A stretch of DNA of 64,000 bases from an uncultured Desulfarculus sp. (GTDB taxonomy: Bacteria > Desulfobacterota > Desulfarculia > Desulfarculales > Desulfarculaceae). Both the position numbers and the translations under genes were made by a program. Below are positions 60,776 through 64,000 of this stretch, piece after piece. The notes beneath the pieces were generated by a model. It worked only from the letters and a program-made list of their open reading frames with translations, did no database searches and was not told where the DNA came from. How positions within the stretch are numbered: the stretch's first letter is position 1; every line of letters starts with the position of its first letter. The stretch spans positions 2,496,001 to 2,560,000 of the forward strand of contig CAXXUK010000001.1 of assembly GCA_963665125.2 (NCBI GenBank), read 5' to 3'.

Positions 60776-60808
60776 TATTTGACATATCAACTTTTGATAT
60801 GTCAAATA
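60776..60808. promoter_or_regulatory. Probable MarR operator (perfect inverted repeat)
   Basis: TATTTGACATATCAA-ctt-TTGATATGTCAAATA, 15-bp arms, ~40 nt upstream of the marR-like start. Confidence 0.7.
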
Positions 60809-60847
60809 TTATCTCAAACTTTTAAGCCGTTTTGATATCCGCTTGGT

Positions 60848-62134
60848 TTAGTTTTCGATCTTGTGCTTGCTTACCGGCGCGGGCTCGGTACCGCGGCGCA
60901 CCGTGGCCCCGGCGTTGATCAGCTTCTGGTCGATGCGTTCATAGCCCCGGTCAAGATGGTAGACCCTGCTGATATGGGTCTCACCCTGGGCGGCCAGGGC
61001 GGCCAGCACCAGGCAGGCCGAGGCCCGCAGGTCCGTGGCCATCACCGGGGCTCCGGAGAGTTTGCGCACGCCCCGGACCACGGCCGTGTTGCCCGAGACA
61101 TCGATCTCGGCGCCCATGCGCCGCAGTTCGGGCACGTGCATCAGGCGGTTTTCAAAGATGGTTTCCTGGATCACGGCGCTGCCGGTGCTCATGCCCATCA
61201 GGGCCATGAACTGGGCCTGTAGGTCAGTGGGGAAACCGGGATACGGCCCGGTGATGATGTTCACCGGCTTGGGAGCGCGGCGGGCGCTGACCACCAGGCC
61301 CTTTGCCGTCTGCTGGAAGCGAAGGCCCGCTTCCTTGAGCTTGCCCACCACCGAGGTCAGGTGCTCGACCTGGGCGTTCTCAATGGTCAGTTCGCCCTTG
61401 GTGATGCCTGCGGCGCACATGAAGGTGCCCGCCTCGATGCGGTCGGGCATGACGTCGTGGTCTATGGGGCCCAGGGCGTCCACGCCCTGGACCGTCACCG
61501 TGGCCGTGCCCGCCCCGCTGATGCGCGCCCCTGCCGCGTTGAGAGCCACGGCCAGGTCCACCACCTCGGGCTCCCGGGCGGCGTTGCGCAACACGGACGT
61601 ACCATTGGCCAGCACGGCGGCCATGATCAGGTTTTCCGTACCAGTGACGGTGACCATGTCAAAGGTGATGTCCGCGCCCTTGAGTTTTTTGGCCTTGGCG
61701 TTGACATAGCCTCCGTCCAGGTCGATCTTGGCGCCCATGGCCTCAAGACCCTTGAGGTGCTGGTCAATGGGCCGTTCGCCGATGGCGCAGCCGCCGGGCA
61801 GGCTCACTCTGCCCTGACCCAGACGGGCCATCATCGGGCCCAGGGCCAACACCGACGCACGCATGGTCTTGACCAGATCATAGGGGCACTCGTCGCCATC
61901 GGCGGCGTTGCTTTCGATAACCATCTCGCCGGGCTTTTGCTCCACGTGGCCGCCCAGATGGGTCAACAGGGCGCCCATGGTGCCCACGTCGCGCAGGTCG
62001 GGCACGTTGCGCAGGCGGTTGCGCCCGCCGGTGAGCAGGCAGGCGGCCATCAGGGGCAAGGTGGCGTTCTTGGCCCCGCTGATGCGGACCCGGCCCACCA
62101 ACGGCTTGCCTCCTTCGATTATCAGCTTATCCAT
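60848..62134 (-). CDS. murA: UDP-N-acetylglucosamine 1-carboxyvinyltransferase
   Basis: GAKNA, PGGCAIG.RP, PDRIEAGT, GFPTD.QAQ, ATDLRA. Confidence 0.97.
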   Translation of the reverse strand: MDKLIIEGGKPLVGRVRISGAKNATLPLMAACLLTGGRNRLRNVPDLRDVGTMGALLTHLGGHVEQKPGEMVIESNAADGDECPYDLVKTMRASVLALGPMMARLGQGRVSLPGGCAIGERPIDQHLKGLEAMGAKIDLDGGYVNAKAKKLKGADITFDMVTVTGTENLIMAAVLANGTSVLRNAAREPEVVDLAVALNAAGARISGAGTATVTVQGVDALGPIDHDVMPDRIEAGTFMCAAGITKGELTIENAQVEHLTSVVGKLKEAGLRFQQTAKGLVVSARRAPKPVNIITGPYPGFPTDLQAQFMALMGMSTGSAVIQETIFENRLMHVPELRRMGAEIDVSGNTAVVRGVRKLSGAPVMATDLRASACLVLAALAAQGETHISRVYHLDRGYERIDQKLINAGATVRRGTEPAPVSKHKIEN

Positions 62135-63002
62135 AGTCGCCCCTCCCACAGGCCAGAACCCGGCCCAGCCCGGCCAGATCCTGCAACAAACGAACCTCGG
62201 TAAAAATACCCGCCGCCTGGGCCAGCTTCACGGCGGCCCGGCCCTGGCCCGCTCCGATCTCGATCAACAGCCAGCCAAAGGGCCTCAAAAAGGCCCTGCT
62301 TCCGGCGATGATGTGACGGATGACGTCCAGGCCGTCGGGCCCGGCCTCCAGGGCCAGACGCGGCTCGAACTCGGCCACCGTGACCGGAAGCAGCCGGTAT
62401 TCCTCCTCGGTGACGTACGGCGGGTTGGCCGTGATCAGATCGAAAAAGCCGCCAGCCGCGGCCACGGGCTCCCAAAGCGGCCCAAGCCCGAATTGCACCC
62501 GGTCCGTCAGATTATGATTTTGGGCATTGCGGCGGGCGTAGGTCAAGGCCTCGGCGGAAATATCGGTGGCCAGCACGGTGGCCCATGGTAGTTCCTTGGC
62601 CAGGGCAAGGGCCACTGCCCCGCTGCCGGTGCACATATCAAGGATGCGCGGCGCGTCAATATCTTTCAGCAGACGCAGTCCTTCCTCCACCAGAAGCTCA
62701 GTCTCGGGCCGGGGCACCAAAACGCCCGGCCCCACGCATAGCTCGATGCTCCAGAACTCGCGCACGCCAGTTATGTAGGCCATGGGCTCATGGGCCCGCC
62801 TGCGCAGCAGCAGGGCCTTGAAATCGGCAAGTTCCTGTTTGCTCAGGGGACGGTCTTGGTCGAGATACAGATCAATGCGGCGCAGGCCCAGCACCTGGGC
62901 CAACATCAATTCAGCCGAGGTGCGGGCCGATTCCACCTTGTAGTCTTGCAAATACTGGGCGGCCCAGGCCAACAGCCGCCGAACGGTCCACTGCTCGCCC
63001 AC
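62127..63002 (-). CDS. prmC: Release factor glutamine methyltransferase
   Basis: PRPETE, DMCTGSG, NPPY; follows prfA. Confidence 0.95.
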   Translation of the reverse strand: MGEQWTVRRLLAWAAQYLQDYKVESARTSAELMLAQVLGLRRIDLYLDQDRPLSKQELADFKALLLRRRAHEPMAYITGVREFWSIELCVGPGVLVPRPETELLVEEGLRLLKDIDAPRILDMCTGSGAVALALAKELPWATVLATDISAEALTYARRNAQNHNLTDRVQFGLGPLWEPVAAAGGFFDLITANPPYVTEEEYRLLPVTVAEFEPRLALEAGPDGLDVIRHIIAGSRAFLRPFGWLLIEIGAGQGRAAVKLAQAAGIFTEVRLLQDLAGLGRVLACGRGDYG

Positions 63003-63009
63003 GGCGCGC

Positions 63010-64000
<991 letters not shown>

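Overview
GC-rich bacterial chromosome segment. Gene content suggests an anaerobic deltaproteobacterium of the Desulfarculia/Desulfobacterota type (inference). Positions 1.2-15.7 kb hold a two-operon redox island that sits between the heme-biosynthesis genes ahbD and ahbA. Operon 1 encodes a membrane NarI/HdrE-like diheme-b protein carrying a CxxCH heme-c loop and four [4Fe-4S] motifs, then HdrB, then a ~1004-aa HdrA read through an in-frame TGA with a SECIS-like hairpin (selenocysteine). Operon 2 encodes NuoE/NuoF/NuoG-N-like subunits with no catalytic subunit, plus a degenerate HdrA-MvhD-winged-helix fusion. Each operon has a sigma-54 promoter, and a PAS-domain enhancer-binding protein lies between them. 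Positions 16-32 kb are accessory genes: an acylase/acyl-CoA ligase/TetR/SDR module, a PAS-GGDEF-EAL protein, cbiZ with a cobalamin riboswitch and btuB, and CMD/LysR. Positions 32-64 kb are mostly core genes (mpl, ldcA, coaX, glmM, cdaR, cdaA, folP, ftsH, tilS, coaD, rsmD, asd, leuA, pssA, psd, tsaB, rseP, dxr, cdsA, uppS, frr, pyrH, tsf, rpsB, murA, prmC, partial prfA). Two diverged, inverted copies of a ~300-bp five-hairpin intergenic element occur at 7481-7770 and 45021-45319. No tRNA, rRNA, CRISPR array or transposase was seen. All family calls come from motif recognition by eye, not database searches.
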